Shown one piece after another: positions 12,311 through 26,432 of a DNA stretch of 64,000 nt. The stretch comes from Leptogorgia sarmentosa. Lineage: Eukaryota. Under the pieces are notes generated by a model. The model was not told the origin of the DNA. It made no database searches and saw nothing but the letters and a program-made list of their open reading frames with translations. The translations under genes and the position numbers were made by a program. The first letter of the stretch is position 1. Every line of letters starts with the position of its first letter. The DNA lies in the NCBI GenBank assembly GCA_964658305.1, contig OZ210885.1:17856001-17920000 (forward strand), in the 5' to 3' direction.

Positions 12311-15300
12311 ATGTTTTGCCAAAAATTGTGGGACTTCAATCTCGAACGAAGCAAAATATTGTTTTAAATGTGGTGTTGGTAAGTGTATTTTTATTTACAA
12401 ACTGTTTTCTTTCTGAAATGGGACAGTTTGAGATCAATATTATTATGTAAATATTGATTATGTTTAATATAATATTAATATTTACAAAATGTTTTTACTT
12501 TATTTAATCCTTAGTGACTCCCAAAAGAGCAAATGTAGACGCTGAGAAAAGTCTGTGTGTCACATAAATATATTTTTAAACTTTTTATGCACTTTCAATA
12601 ATATTTAATACTTAGATAGCCCACTACATAAATTTTGTTATGCACAATGACAATGCAGTAGTCACATGTTTCCAGCATTGAACTCTATGCAATCTGGATT
12701 GATAACTTCATATAAACATGCCCATACAATGGCCCATACTTGCCTGATGCAAAGATGGCAGACTCAAAACTCGATGTTTTGCAAGCTTGAATCAGAATGC
12801 ACATTATAAAAAGCACTGATGCTTTTTCTTTTAAAAGGATAGTATATAATATTCCCAAGCTCTTTCTAGAAAGCCCAAAACCAAAAAAAGCTAAACATTT
12901 TTGTGTGCTTTTTTAGTCGATTTTCGTTTTATTTGCTTTATATTTCTACAGTAAAACAATTTTTGCAAGTTTTATGCATGTGGGTGATTTAATTGAAAGT
13001 ACTGTTGTCCTACTATGCTTTAGATAAAATTTGAAATCATACAAGAAAGAAGTGATGAAATTTATCATCACTTTTTCGTTTTACGAAGACTAAGAAAAAA
13101 TGTTTTAACTAACCCAACTCCTGAACCATTACCCTAAACCTACTGTTAACAATTGACATATAACTAACCCAAACCCCCACCAACAGGGGCGTAGCGAAGG
13201 GGGGTCCAGGGTGTACCCCCCCCCCCCCCAATGTTGTCTGTCAGCACAAATTACACTTCTGTCAGAAAATTTGAGGCGAGAGTTAGGTCTTATACAGATA
13301 ATTATAAAAATTGTTGGACAATTTTAAAATTTCTCTAAAACAAAACCACGAAAACTTCGAAAACCACGACCAAACCACACCTACGCCACGCCCATTTTGT
13401 TGGCAAAGTTGAGGCACATACCCCCCCCCCCAATCACATAGCCTTCGCTACGCCCCTGACCACCAATTGAGCGTTGCTAATCCTTATCCTAATTATATTA
13501 CCTGCAAAACATAAAAATTTGTTCCACTCAAAATTTTTTTACTGACATTGCAATGGAAGGGTTGATAAAATCATCATATCAATTCATCCTCTGATTGCCT
13601 CAAGTTGTGCAGTTTCATGAAATTGAAAAATTTCTGTTTTAATGGATTATCGATTGCATATGCAAAATTTTCAAAAGATTGAAAATAGTACAATTCATTA
13701 ACTGCTGAAGGACAAAGTTTCAAAACAGGACTCTGTAAATCTTTCGATTAACACATATGCATGGCAAATAAATTTTTGATACCCTTAATAGTTGTATCAA
13801 TTTTCCTTTCATATTAGGTGTGGCAGGATTTGAAATCATTTAAAATAATGCATACAAGCGAAGAAAGTTAAAAATGTATTACGGTAATACAAAATGTTGC
13901 ATTATCTATTTTTATTGCCTAATTAGATCAATAAGCCAGTCCAATAACATCTACTTCAACTACTCCCTCGGCTTCATCGAGTAGCACCACTGAAGTGGGA
14001 TTGAAATCATTCACTGAGTATAAATCATCCAAAGGAAAGCAGTGGAAATCAAGAGTGACTACGAAATCGAAAAAAGATAAAAATGAAGAAGTTGTTATTC
14101 AGGTGGGATTAATAGAATGGAATTATTGAGAAAGAAGATTGAAACCAAAGAGAGGCAAACGAATGGCCTTGAGAGTTTTTCTGAAAGATACATATGCTAC
14201 AATTCGTAAAAAAGCAATTGAAAAGTGGAAAAATTACCATCGAGATCTGTACGGCGAGGATAAAGAATACCTTTTAACATACGAAGATGGCAATGAAGCG
14301 CGGTTTTTACCTGGGACTCATTCATTTTTTTACTTGAAAAGCTACAGAGAGGAGATTGGAAAGGATTATAGGAGAATTATATTTTTCCTGTGCACCCAAG
14401 AAGATCAAACTACTGCAGAGAAAAGTAAAACATTTGATTATGCAGAGGCATCATCTGACACAAGCGAAGAAAATATGGGACTCGAAAGTCATAAATCATA
14501 TGATGAATGAAGAACTAGCCAGACAGCTTCAATCCGAGTATGACATTGAAGTCACAGAAGAAGTAATTGATTATTTCAATAACGGTGTACCTGAACTGCA
14601 AAATGTAGACAACGCAGAAGATTTACAAGATGATAAGCAAGATGACGTATCACTGCCTGAAGTAGTGAATATCGATGAAGTGAACATCAAATCTCACTGA
14701 TTTCATTCGAGCTATGGCAAGGAAAGTAGATGATTCTAATCAGTTTTTTCTAGTCATAAGAAGAAATGCAACATTGTCTAGAAAGCTGAGTATGTGGCAG
14801 CGACAAGCTACAAAGAAATCACCAGAAAAACTTTTCGTGTATGTTTTACGGGGGAGATGGGTATAGATTCTGGTGCTTTGTCCAAAGAGTTTGACTCAGA
14901 CTATAGATGAGATGGGAAAAACAATTTTTCCTAATGGAAGTCTCACTGACTCCATGCTTAACGTTCATAATGGCAGCTTTAAAACATGTGGCCAAATAGC
15001 GGCAGTTAGCATTGGCGAAGGAGGGCCCCCGCCAGCTTTTTTAGACGAATGTGTGTTCAATATGCTCGTGAATCCAAAAGCTGTGGACATGAACGATTTG
15101 AAAGTCGATCAATATTTTACACAGACGGAGAAGTGTAAATACGAATCGAGGTAAAGTGGATGCCAATTACGTGGTTTCCCTTTTCAGTCCTGTTCATTCT
15201 CCGGAAGGAACATCCCGACGGCATATCGAAGAGCAAATTGTGGATTGCTTTCAAGATTTTCTAATACAGCTAGAAGACAAAGTATCTGGGTACAGTGAAG

Positions 15301-15641
15301 CAATTGCATGGAAAAACCAAGATGAACAAGACGAAAGCGTGGCATGTGGGAGTGATGAACATCAAGAATGCTTTCAGTCTGCAGATCTTACACCAGCTGG
15401 AATATTAGGATGGCTTACAGGTCAAAAGCATGTGCCAATTAATGGTGAAAATCTGAAAATAACTATTCAGTTTAATCACAATTGTATGGAAACAAATCCC
15501 TCCCATAAGATCTGTTTCCCAGTGGTTGGAGTGTGTGGTCGTCAGATCACTTTTCCCGTCGTCCACATGAAAACTAAAGAAGAATTTAACAGTGTGTTCA
15601 TGACTGCAGTCAGTAAAGGACAAGCGTTTGCAAAACCTTAA
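12311..15641 (+). pseudogene. Zinc-ribbon + HECT E3 ubiquitin ligase (G2E3-like), degraded
   Basis: Exon 1 MFCQ.NCG.SISNEAKYCFKCG (12311-12378, 1-bp frameshift). HECT motifs FTGEMGIDSGALSKEF, ILGWLTGQ, FPVVGVCGRQITFP...GQAFAKP*. Several stops, frameshifts and an internal deletion near 15150. Confidence 0.8.
13184..13458. mobile_element. Non-autonomous hAT MITE in the HECT gene intron
   Basis: TIR CAGGGGCGTAGCGAAGG / CCTTCGCTACGCCCCTG. 8-bp TSD CCCACCAA / ACCACCAA (7/8). Confidence 0.85.
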
Positions 15642-16114
15642 GAAGAGAACATCAATGATTATTTGACAGGACTGAAGCATTGATATCGTTGTGTTTGTTT
15701 ACCATTGCAGATAGAGAAAGACTGTTGAAAGCATCATGATCAATCACATTCTGTTTATAGAACATTGCTGGTTTCACTAACTAAAGTAAATTTTTAGGAG
15801 GTTTTGCTGTATCCAGTAAACATTGCTGTTTGCGCACAGTACTACACCAAATTCAATGAACATACCCGAAGCAAGAATACTAGCATATGTAGAACTGTGA
15901 ACTGCTTCAGTAGTCTGTGAATTTTCCTTGTTTCACACACCAAATTTCAGTAATTTCAGTTTCTGTGAATGAAATATTATATTAATATTGAAAGATTGGT
16001 CGTTTGATTTTCTCAATTTTTTTCATTTTACATTCAGGCTGCGCCAAAAACTTTAGGAATGTAGGAAAACTTCCTAGTTGTCATATTCGGCATATTGTTT
16101 ATTTTTTCACTCCA

Positions 16115-16177
16115 CAATCTAGTACCCTGAGCCTGCGATCTTCCAAACGAAGATCGCAGGCTCAGGGTACGAGATTG
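16115..16177. mobile_element. 63-bp hairpin mini-MITE
   Basis: CAATCTAGTACCCTGAGCCTGCGATCTTC-caaac-GAAGATCGCAGGCTCAGGGTACGAGATTG: 29-bp arms with 1 mismatch. Confidence 0.7.
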
Positions 16178-16729
16178 GTCCAAACAAGCCACTAGAGCCA
16201 GTCTTCTGCTCGATTTGGAAATGGCCAATTCTCGGAAAGTTTTTTGGCTCAAACTGTTGTCCACCTTTAATAAACCCCCGGATGTGCATGTACGTCACAA
16301 ACGACACCACAGACGATTTTCCTGCATGTGTTTGATCAATATAATACCTTGAATGTCAAATTAGTTGAAATATTTTCAACGTCTTGTCTTATTGTTACTT
16401 ATTAGACGCGAACTTCTAAAAAGGTCCGGGACATGTTCCGACAAGAAACTTTCAAAAAATAACATGTTTTCGCGCATTTTGAGGGTGGTTTTTAAAAGAT
16501 TGGATCGTTTCGAAAGGAAACCTAATTTTAATTTGCAACAGTGTATGAGGGGCAAAGATTTTTGCCTTTTGTAAAGAGTATGCTGTCTCACGCTTGATAT
16601 GAAAGATCACAAACTAAAGTTTTTGGTGGGTGGAGTCAAAACGCCGATGACGTTTCACCTGGCCACATTTCATCACATGTGTCAATTTTAAACGCCATCA
16701 TTAACATTACCAAAAAATCCCTTTATTGA

Positions 16730-17421
16730 TCGACATGTGTAGCAGCCATCGTAGCATTGTGAATGCATGTGTCGATAACCAGCATTAGGGAAATCTTGCT
16801 GAATATCTCTTATCACTCTATCAAGTTCGTCCTGTGAAATGTCTGTCATGCTTTGCCTTACAGATAACCCAAATGTGCGCATTTGCCTAGAAATGGTACT
16901 CCAAGAGTAAGAGCGATGTCCGCTACGCTGACATGGTAATTTAATAAGTATGTAATTTGTTCTGAACTAATACTAAATCGTGGTCGCCCTCCTTGACCAG
17001 ATGATAATGTCTCTGACTGGAAAGACAATGACTGCCTGTTATCGAAGTTGTAATTTCGAAGGAGCGTTAGAGTATTTGTTATCAAACGCTCTATCTCGTT
17101 TGTCATCAAATTGATGTTGCATAAACAAACCAAATGCACTAACAGCTGTTCCAGGCGAAAAATTATACTGTCTACACCATCTACATCCAAGTCTCCATTC
17201 GATAATTGCTGTATAATATCTCGTATTGCCGAATGACATATTGTAGAATGATGTACAGCGCAATATTTCTTGCCGACTGTGTGTATCGGAATGACAAATT
17301 ATGTATCAGAATAACAAAATCTATTGCCGAACGGCAAAGCATACAAGATAATCATATACGACGAATAGCATTTTGTTAAACAAAACATACCATCGAATAT
17401 TGACACTAAAAACGGATCATA
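16730..17421 (-). mobile_element. End of another IS3EU-type element with transposase N-terminus (relic)
   Basis: GRPRFSISSEQITYLL....SVADIALTLGV / ISQDELDRVIRDIQQDFPNAGYR is homologous to the HTH region at 33726-33400. The minus strand begins TATGATCCGTTTTTAGTGTCAATATTC at 17421, similar to the terminus at 29766 (TATGGCAAGCCGTTTGTAGCAATATTC). The catalytic core is missing. Confidence 0.7.
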
Positions 17422-17444
17422 GATCTTGTCTTCCATTGCAATGC

Positions 17445-17700
17445 GGCATTTATGCATTATGATTTCTATAATGGAAACTTGCCAAAAATATTTGATACAT
17501 TTTTTACTTGTGTAAAAGAAAAACAATCATAATACCAGATTTGCTTCAAGATTGACTTCTCTATTCCAAAAATAAGAACAAATTATGGAAAATTTAATAT
17601 TCGATTTTTGGGCGTAAAGGTATGGAACGAAATTGATGATGAAATAAAGAAACTTAAACCATCAAAATTTGAAGTTGAGGTGAAAAAATGTCAATGTCAA
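17445..17700 (+). mobile_element. CR1/L2-group LINE 3' fragment
   Basis: FYNGNLPKIFDTFF...NTRFAS...IPKIRTNYGKFNIRFLGVKVWNEI, a typical LINE ORF2 C-terminus. Confidence 0.7.
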
Positions 17701-17713
17701 TTATGAAAGCTGG

Positions 17714-19070
17714 TTGACAAGTACTGAACCAGAAACAGTTTCTAGTGAACATGGTAATGGAAGTTCCAATGGCTCAGATGAAGATGAAGTAGAAATACCT
17801 GCTGGCATTACAGACAGCATGCTAACTGCTCCTGATTTTGTTGATGATAATGAAAGACAAGGAATATACAACTTTGCCCCTGGAAAAGGTAATAGACCAC
17901 TGAGTATATTTAGAGATCAGTACTCTGAAGAAATTGCTTACCCAGGAATATTCTTGGACCAGAAAAGACCAGATGATGAACAACAATTGAAAAGTGTTTA
18001 TTATTATATAGCAAGTCAGAATTAAGACAGTTTGATCGAGGAGCTGCAATGTGTGTAGAAAGACATTCTTTAAAGCAAAAAAATTACAGATGAAATTGTT
18101 GTTGGGGCAATCCCAAATTGCTTTCAGGAAATGTAAATTAGGAAATGGAACACTCGCTGTTGGACAGTTGAAAACACCAGAAGGCTTAGAAAATTTAATT
18201 TGTCATGATGGTTTTAAATTCTTGAGAGCTTTAAGAGGCTCACCACATTACTTTTGAAACAGTAAAAAGGGATTTGTTTGCTACAATTCGACAATTACGA
18301 CCGGCATCACTGTTTTGCAGTATTCCTCTGCTGAGACAAAGTGGATCCATTTGTTAAGAATCCTTGGTAAACCCACCGACCACAAAGATCATAGTGATGA
18401 AGATTTAATACTCCCTTGAAAGACTTTGAGTGACAGTGGTCCTTTAGGAAAAGTGAAGGATTGGTTTTACAATGGAGGCTCACCTCACATACATATGCTG
18501 ATATGGCTTGAAAATGCCCCGTTATTTGGTGTGGACAAAGATGACGAAGTACTTGCATTATTTGACCAAATAATAACTTATAGAAAGCCAGACAGTAACC
18601 TGAAATTGCTTAAATTGGTTAACAGGCAAATGCACAGGCATTCGCATGCATGCCGAAAATTATGAAAAATGTTTGTAGATTTAACTATCCACAACCTCCG
18701 ATGAGGTCTACCCAGATACTTTATCCACTTGATGATGATACTTCTCAAAATATGGTGAAAAACAAAAGGATTGTGGAAGGACATTAAAAATAAACTGAAT
18801 GATCTAAAAGAAGGTAAAGACATAACATTTTACAAAATTCTAGAAGAGTTAAATGTTTCAGAACATGAATATATCCTTGCTATTCGATCATCTATTAACT
18901 GTCCAACAATATTTCTGAGAAGAAATCTGAATGAATTGAGAATTAACAACCATATTTCTGCATGTCTCCATGCTTCCATGCATGAAGAGCTAATATGGAT
19001 ATCCAGTTTGTTCTAGATGTATATGCTTGTGCCATGTATATTGTATGATATATTTCAAAAGGTCAAAAAG
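17714..19070 (+). pseudogene. Helitron/Helentron Rep (HUH) fragment
   Basis: APG.G.RPLSIFRD..SEE.AYP, LRGSPHYF, ATIRQL.P, GSPHIHMLIWLENAP (HUH motif), QMHRHSHAC, DIQFVLDVYACAMYI..YISK. Many frameshifts. Confidence 0.88.
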
Positions 19071-19501
19071 TAATGTTTGATTTTGAGCAACGTTGTGGTC
19101 GTACTGATACAAGAACGATATAATTGGAAACCTGATAGACCATTCTTGATTTCCATATACAATTTATTTCGGTTGCTTCAGTAATTTATAAACAGCAGCC
19201 TGTCAAAGTTGGATTCGAATTTTTTTATACACATTGGAGGGGCTTTCCGGCGTTGTGTACCATAACTTGTGGCTTTGAAGGTCCACGGTTAGTCGAAGAC
19301 TGGTTAAGCTAGTTATACCACGTGACAAATTATGTTATTGTTCAGTGTTTTGACAGGTCACATGATGCGTTCCCTGCATCAAATTTCAATCGCTTTACTG
19401 GAGTTTAGAGATTTATATAGGAAAAGTGCATCTAAGAAATCAATAATAGAGCGATTCTTTTCATTTCTATCGGGGTTTTTTGCTGGGATGGCAACTTAAA
19501 C

Positions 19502-22209
19502 ATGCCTGGCGAAATCTGTGTGTTTTATGGATGTCCTAGCAGCAGAAAGCATGGACTTTCCTTCTTAAAAATACCGTCAGTATGCGCCGGCGAGAGTGAA
19601 CACACAACAACACTGAAGGCCAGCGCCAGAAAAGAATGGCTAAATATCATCCTACGGACGCGAGAGTTGACTCCAGAACTAAAGACACAAATTGACGTTG
19701 GAAATATCTATTTGTGCGAACTTCATTTCAAGCCAGAGTGCATTCTAACAAGTAAGTATTTGTACTGCATTTTCTGCAACTAATTATATTGTAGCATAGA
19801 GCAATGAGCCCATTCATGAATATGAAATTAGGTTTTACAACTCTAAATATAGCTTTACGTTGTATATGACTTTTATTTAAGATCCTAAAAGAAAAAGTTT
19901 GGTAACTGGAAGCATTCCAACCAAGCAACTGCCTGAAAACCTCATGATGTTCCAGCCTAAATACGACAGACTCTTGTGCGGAATATACAAGACCCAGACG
20001 AAAGTATGCCATCAACGTCGTTCGAATGCCCCATGGAGTCACGATTGAGTCTCGAAGATCTTCGAAGCCGCCTCGAATTCGCCAATTCCAGACACCCATA
20101 TTATTTACACTGAGAGGAAACGGCACGTAAATGGGCCTGAAGATTGCAAGACATTGCTAAATTTAGTGGAGAATTCTCTGATTTGCAATGGCTTGCCACA
20201 AGATGAAAATACCAAATCAGTTGTGGTTGATCCAATTTCTGATGTCGATTGTCTCAGTCTCTATTGCATTCTGAAAGCAATTTCCAGAGCAGTGTGACTT
20301 TCCGGTCTCCAGGATGTGAAACCATCATGGTAACTGAAAGCCCTACAGACCAAATATCCTGTGATCCCTGTGCCAAAACCCTTACCAATCTTGAGAGAGC
20401 TGCTAGGAGAAAGAAGGTGATAAAAGTAAAACTCCACTTACATCATGCAGCTCTGAGAAGTTAGTGGCAACTGTGTAGGCATCGAGACTGGAATGTAAAC
20501 AGTTGGAAGGCAGATTGAAAGAGCTCGAGGGGCGAATAAATGATGACGGTGTGGGAATAAGTAGTGGTTTGGACAATGACATTTTGAAAATCATGGGTGG
20601 GCAAAATCTTGATGCAACCCCACACATGAAATTATTTTAGGAGCAGCAATTAAAGCTCCTAAAAAGTGAGAAATTTGGACGGCGTTACCATCCTCAAATC
20701 ATTCGGTTTGCTCTCTCTTTACATGGAAAGTCTCCTGCTGCATACCGTGAGCTTAGAGACAGTGGTGCTCTCATTCTGCCAAGTGAGCGTGTCTTAAGGG
20801 ACTACAAGAACTATTTTAAACCAAAGGCAGGACTTAATGTAGAGAATATAGAGAACCTCAGCCAAAAGGCATCCTCACTCAGCGGAATCCAACGTTATGT
20901 TGTTTTGGTTATGGACAAAATGAAAATACAGTCCAACCTTGTATTTGACAAGCATTCTGGGGACTTAATTGGCTTTGTTGATCTTGGTGATCCAATGACC
21001 AATTATGCAAGTCTTGGTGAGAAAGATGTGATGGCAACCCATGCCCTGGCATTTCTGCTAAGAGGTATGTGCAGTGACCTCAAACATGTCATTGCATATT
21101 ATTTTACTGAAAACGGTTGCCTCTTACCAGTTAATGTCAATCTTCTGGAAAGTTGTTGGTGTTCTTGAATTATCATTGAACCTTTGGGTCTGTGCTGCCG
21201 TGAATTATCATCGAACCTTTGGGTCTGTGCTGCCGTGAATTATGGAGCATCGCCAAACCGGAAGTTCTTTGATCTCATTCAAAGTTTGTTGCTGATCTGA
21301 ATTGTGATGTGGTCCACAAGGTACACAACATCTTTGCCACGTCAAGATTCATATTCTTCTTTGCTGATGCCTGTCATCTAATTAAAACTGCTCGGAACTG
21401 TTTATATAACTCTGGCTCTGGTTCCTGCAGTCGACTGATGTGGAACAATGGGCAATATCTACTTTTTTGCCACATTGCAGATTTATTTTACAGTGATCAA
21501 GAGTTTGCTTTCCACACGTTACCAAAGCTTTCTCTTGATCACATTGTGCTAACGACGTATAGCAAAATGAAGGTGAAATTGGCTACCCAAGTTCTAAGTC
21601 GGTCGCTTGCCATTGCATTGGAAGAAAGTGGGAAAGATGAAACTGGTGGTACTGCCCAATTTTTTAGGATGATGAATGATTTCTTTGATTGTGCAAATGT
21701 GAGGTCTTTGACTGAACATGTCAGGAAAAGAAATCATTTCATCAAACCCTATGAGTCACAAGATGATGAAAGATTTACTTGGTTGAAGGATGTGTTTCTG
21801 AAATTCCCTGATGAATGGCAAGCGAGTACCAGGCTACAAGAGGGGAATTATTCACCTGACGACAGAGGAAAGATGTTCCTGAGTCTTCAGACCTACAGAG
21901 GTTTGAAAATTTCTGTTCATTCGCATATTGAGGCCATTCAGTTTTTGCTCGCTGAAAGGTTTCAATATGTACTCAGTGAACAATTTTTGCAAGATGTGCT
22001 CGAGGACTATTTTGGACATCAGTGAGCTACAGGCGGACGTTCAGACAACCCTACAGCCCAACAGTTTGGATACAACGACCTCACAATTGCCGCACAAAGG
22101 GATATATGCACCTGTTCTGAGAGGGAATGTTGGCGGGAGGTATGAGAAAAAGAAATGGTTTCAGGTCAGTGAAGAGCCAGTGCACAAAAAGAGAAAACCA
22201 AAGAAGTGA
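19502..22209 (+). pseudogene. THAP + P-element (THAP9-like) transposase
   Basis: THAP MPGEICVFYGC...W...LCELHF. Motifs SPAAYREL, LPSER.L, MDKMKIQSNL.FD, FADACHLIKTARN, KMKVKLATQVLS, QDVLEDYFG. Stops, frameshifts and a 35-bp tandem duplication (21167-21236). Confidence 0.9.
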
Positions 22210-22870
22210 CATTATTATGGGGGAATAATTGTTGTATTATAAATCTGTTGTTTCTGCATAAGATTTCATTCAACAAATTTCAGGTCCTATAATAATAAAC
22301 CTGTCTGATTTGCACAATTTTCATGTCGACTGATATTAAAGGTCTGATGTTTGTTGCAATGACTGAACATTGGGTTTTCTTCTTTGGGATTTTGCAACCA
22401 TTTCCCTTTGATATTTATCCTTTATATCTTGTATACTGCACTGTGTAAAAGTGCCTGAATAAGCCTGGCCAGCCTATTGGAGATTCCATTGGAAATTTGT
22501 AGAATATATCCACAAAGTATTTTTTGAAAGTTGCAAAATTCCATTGAAAAACTGTTGAGCAATTCTCGATTATTAGTACTGCAGATATGGTCTACCTGAA
22601 GTTTTATACTGTCCTATATTTTATACTATATGGTCTGCCTGGGATTGTACTGTATGGTTTCTTTGCATTTGAAAGAACAGATAGGCAGTTGCACAGTAAT
22701 TTGGACCCAGTTAATTGTTACTTTACAAATGGCTTTCACTCAAAGATGCCTGGGACATAGTAACATTAATTAGAATTTTATTGCTATTATTGATTCTTCT
22801 TGCTAATATAACTTCCGATTATTATGGAAATTACTGTAAACAAACAGCAGCAAGGGAAGACTCTTCTAAT

Positions 22871-25800
22871 CAGGGACACCGGAACGGCGGGGGCAGCGGG
22901 GGCGACTGCCCCCCCTGCCTTTTCTCAAGGGGGGCCAGGGGGGCAGAAGTGCCCCCACTCAGCCAAATACAGGTATATTCTATTACTACACAAATTTAAG
23001 CTACTCAGTATTATTTTCTAAAAGGCTAAAATTATCTGCGCGCACACGCAACCTAATCTAGTCAACCATAACCATATCGTTGTCTGTCTTTGATGTACGT
23101 CTATAGCTTAACATTACTAATGACACAATTAAAATTCATTACTGACGACACCAAGTACCGAGCTTTGTCCTAACCGCTGGACTGTTTAATTGTGGATTCT
23201 AGTGCGAATTGCAAAAAACTCGAAAAATATGTAAATTAAATAAATCGTCTCGAGCCTTCCCTGCAATAAACCTGAATCCTGATACAGTGATACGATTTTG
23301 ATCTTACAACAAGACAGAACAGTTAGGTGAGAAATTATTATAAGTGATAAACTACTTCAGACTGGCGAGGTAATGGGGAGGTAATAGACTAATAGTCTAA
23401 TGGTGAAATGAACATTGTCATTGAGGTTACAGTGTGCCTAAAGACAAAGTTCGTGACATCGTGTATCGTATGTCTGAATGCCAAGAAAAGAACGGAATAC
23501 AAAAGCTGCTGTAAAATCTCTCAATGAAGCGGCTGCTAAGCCTGGACAAGCGAAGATAACATCGCTTTTTACTTCTGAAAGGACAAGTCATAGAACTGAA
23601 TCATCTGACCATACTAGTAGTAGTAGTGAGGTAAATCTATCAGTACCAGAACAGTCGTTTGACATTGGCGAAAAAGATGATCAATCACAAATAGTGTCAC
23701 AAAGAGGGATAGACCAAAGTTCAGTATGTGTGCAAGCGACGCCGATATGGGTAAAATGTGGGAATGATTTTACATTGGCAGATAAGGAACGAAGCGCGAA
23801 AAATGGGCGATATTTTCAAGGAGAATGGCTCGAGCGACACAAGTGGTTATCTTATAACAGGGAAAAGAATAAAGCATTTTGCCAAATTTGTGCTACTTAC
23901 CCTAACACTGATAAACAAAAAAGCGTATTTGGTAGTTTTGAACTCGGGTTCAGTAACTTGAAAAAAGGCCTTGAACGATTCAAGGAGCACGAAGAAAGCG
24001 TAGCCCATAAAGCTGCCTATGCTGCCACAATACCGAAAGTGGGAGAACAAAGCTCTATTGCCTCAACTTATAATACGATCAGTCTAGGAACGCAACAGCT
24101 TCGAAGACAAGGATTGATTTCCCACCTGCAAACTTTGAAGACACTCTTATGTCAAGGAGTGGCAATCAGAGGAAACACTGACTCCGAGTCTAATATTTAT
24201 CAATTCAATGTTGACAAAGCCATCAACGACAGAGGACTGAAATTGCTTATTGACGAAAATCGCTACGTAACAGCTCATGACATCTTAGAAGAGCAAAAGC
24301 GGGCACTTGTTCTGAGGGCTCGAAAACATTAGCTAGATGAAATTTTGACAAAGGAGTTATTTTCAATTCTTGCAGATGAATCATCAGATATATCGAAGAC
24401 GGAACAGTTATCTTTCTGCGTGAGGACCTGCAACGCCAATTACGAAGTGTCGGAAGACTTTGTTGGGGTTTTCGATTGTTCCCAGGGTGTTTCATCTGAA
24501 TCATTATTACATTACACGAAAGATATTCTCCTCAGATGTGGCATGGATGGTAACAGAATGGCAGCCATGGGATTCGACGGGCTGCAGCGATGAAGTCCTT
24601 AGCAAGAAAGCTTCAGGCAGATGTTGCACCAAATGCAATCTATGTTCATTGTTTCGCTCATTGCAATGAGCTCATTATAAAGGACACCACAAAACAGTCA
24701 AATTTGCTGTCCACATCGCTTGACCTATGCCAATCACTTTACGCCATTGTTGGAGCCTACCCAAAACGTATTTTGCTGTTCGAAGAAATACAAAGAGATA
24801 TCCAGAGCGAAGATGACACCGAGGATTACAAAGTTTTACGACTACAGAGTCTTTCCGCTACAAGATGGACAACAAGGGTAAAGGCCGTTGATGTGATCTT
24901 CCAGAAGTTGTCAGAACTTCGCAAAATGCTGGAAACGCTAGAAATTGATCCATCCGTTACTGCTGACACCAAAGCAAGAATTCGAGGAATTTTAAGGGGA
25001 CAATTATCCTCATTGGAAATTATCTTTGGATTGAAGGCTACAAGTAAGCTTGTTGGTTTACTGGAGAAGTTGTCCAAAGAACTCCAAGCAGTTGATATTT
25101 CAGCCGAGTATGCACTCTTTTCTATAAGACATGTTATCCGAAGATTCCACGAAATGAGATGCGAAGAAGAGTTCGAACACCTACTGCAGGATGCTAAAAC
25201 GATTCCCGATATTACGGAGAGCATGGACGCAGTTAGACAAAGGAAAATCCCCAGATGGATGATGGGTGAAGAGATGATGCTTACAGAACGTCTTCATGGA
25301 TGAGACGCCAGCGTCTATGATTCAAGAAATGTATGAATGCGGAGGTTGTATTACGAAGCTATTGATGCAATTTTAACAAGCCTAGGAGAGAGATTTGAGC
25401 AAGAAGATCTAGCGCTTCTTACAAGCATTGAGAGAATCCTGCTGACTGCGACGAAAGAAAGGGGAGTCTCGCTAGCGGGGTTGACCACATCTCTAGTTAA
25501 TAAAGACAATCTGGTGAAGCAGCTAGAGGATCTACCGACAATCATTAGCCTTTACAACATAGAACAGAAAAAAAAGCTAAGCGAAATCACCCGGATTGCC
25601 ACAATTGCGCAGATTTTCAATGCTATTCCGTCAGCGAAGAAACAATGCCCGGAGATCCACCAACTAATGATGCTTTATTACACAGTGCCTCTTGCATCTG
25701 CCTCCTGTGAGCGTACGTTCAGCGCCATGCGCCGGCTCAAGACCTGGTTGCGGTCGAAAACTGGAGGAAATCATCTGAACGACATTATGTTTGCCAACAT

Positions 25801-26155
25801 TCAAAAGCGGCACATGGATATGGTTAAAATAGATGCCGTAGCAAAAGATTTCACTGAGAGAAACGAGAGAAGGATGACCTATTTTGGGAAATACGAGAGA
25901 GCGTAATGACGCGCGTTTTGTTGTTTATTATGTCGATCGTCGCTTAAACATAGCTAGTTGCATTTTCATATTTTTATATTAAAGATTTAAACTATCAGTC
26001 GTTTTACTTAATACAATAAGTTACTTCACCAATAAGAGTGTAATACTACAAACATTGTTAGTTTACTGTACGTGGCAGCAGTCAGCAAAAAAGTAACAAA
26101 GTGCCCTCCGGCGGGAGTTGCCCCCCCTTGCCCTTTTGTTGTTCCGGCGTCCCTG
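22871..26155 (+). mobile_element. hAT transposon (TTF zinc finger, ZMYM1/THAP12-like transposase)
   Basis: TIR CAGGGAC(A/G)CCGGAAC. Perfect 8-bp TSD CTTCTAAT (22863-22870 / 26156-26163). Confidence 0.95.
23478..25906 (+). pseudogene. hAT transposase, disrupted
   Basis: FQGEW..RHKWL.Y......FCQIC, SILADESSDISKTEQL, GFDG, VHCFAHCNEL, TRW, ASCERTFSAMRRLKTWLRS. Broken at ~24330, ~24590 and ~25300. Confidence 0.9.
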
Positions 26156-26339
26156 CTTCTAATTCCTGATGGAGGGCCTTCGCTCGAAATGCTGAATCTT
26201 TCTATCATTTAGGTAGTGAGTGTTCAGTATCACTGTAAACATGTTTTCCATAGTAGCAATTGATATGCTAGGCATAAAGTGTAATGTAAATATAAATATT
26301 AGAGCACAGCAAATGACTTTCATAATAAATAATAAAATT

Positions 26340-26417
26340 AACTATATACATTGTCCACACAATAATAAACCATATACATTGTCCTCACAATAATAAACTA
26401 TATACATTGTCCATACA
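26340..26417. repeat. 28-bp tandem repeat, ~3 copies
   Basis: Unit AACTATATACATTGTCCACACAATAATA. Confidence 0.8.
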
Positions 26418-26432
26418 GCCTATGTTTTTAGT

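Larger units (their letters stand above)
8930..15990 (+). mobile_element. Left part of an IS3EU-type element carrying a HECT ligase gene (relic; right boundary approximate)
   Basis: Begins TACGGTGGCCC exactly where the Copia relic stops, followed by subterminal repeats (GTCAAAACCAAAACACTC-like, ~8950-9070) and then a HECT gene in the same position and orientation as in the two complete elements. No matching right TIR found. Confidence 0.55.
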
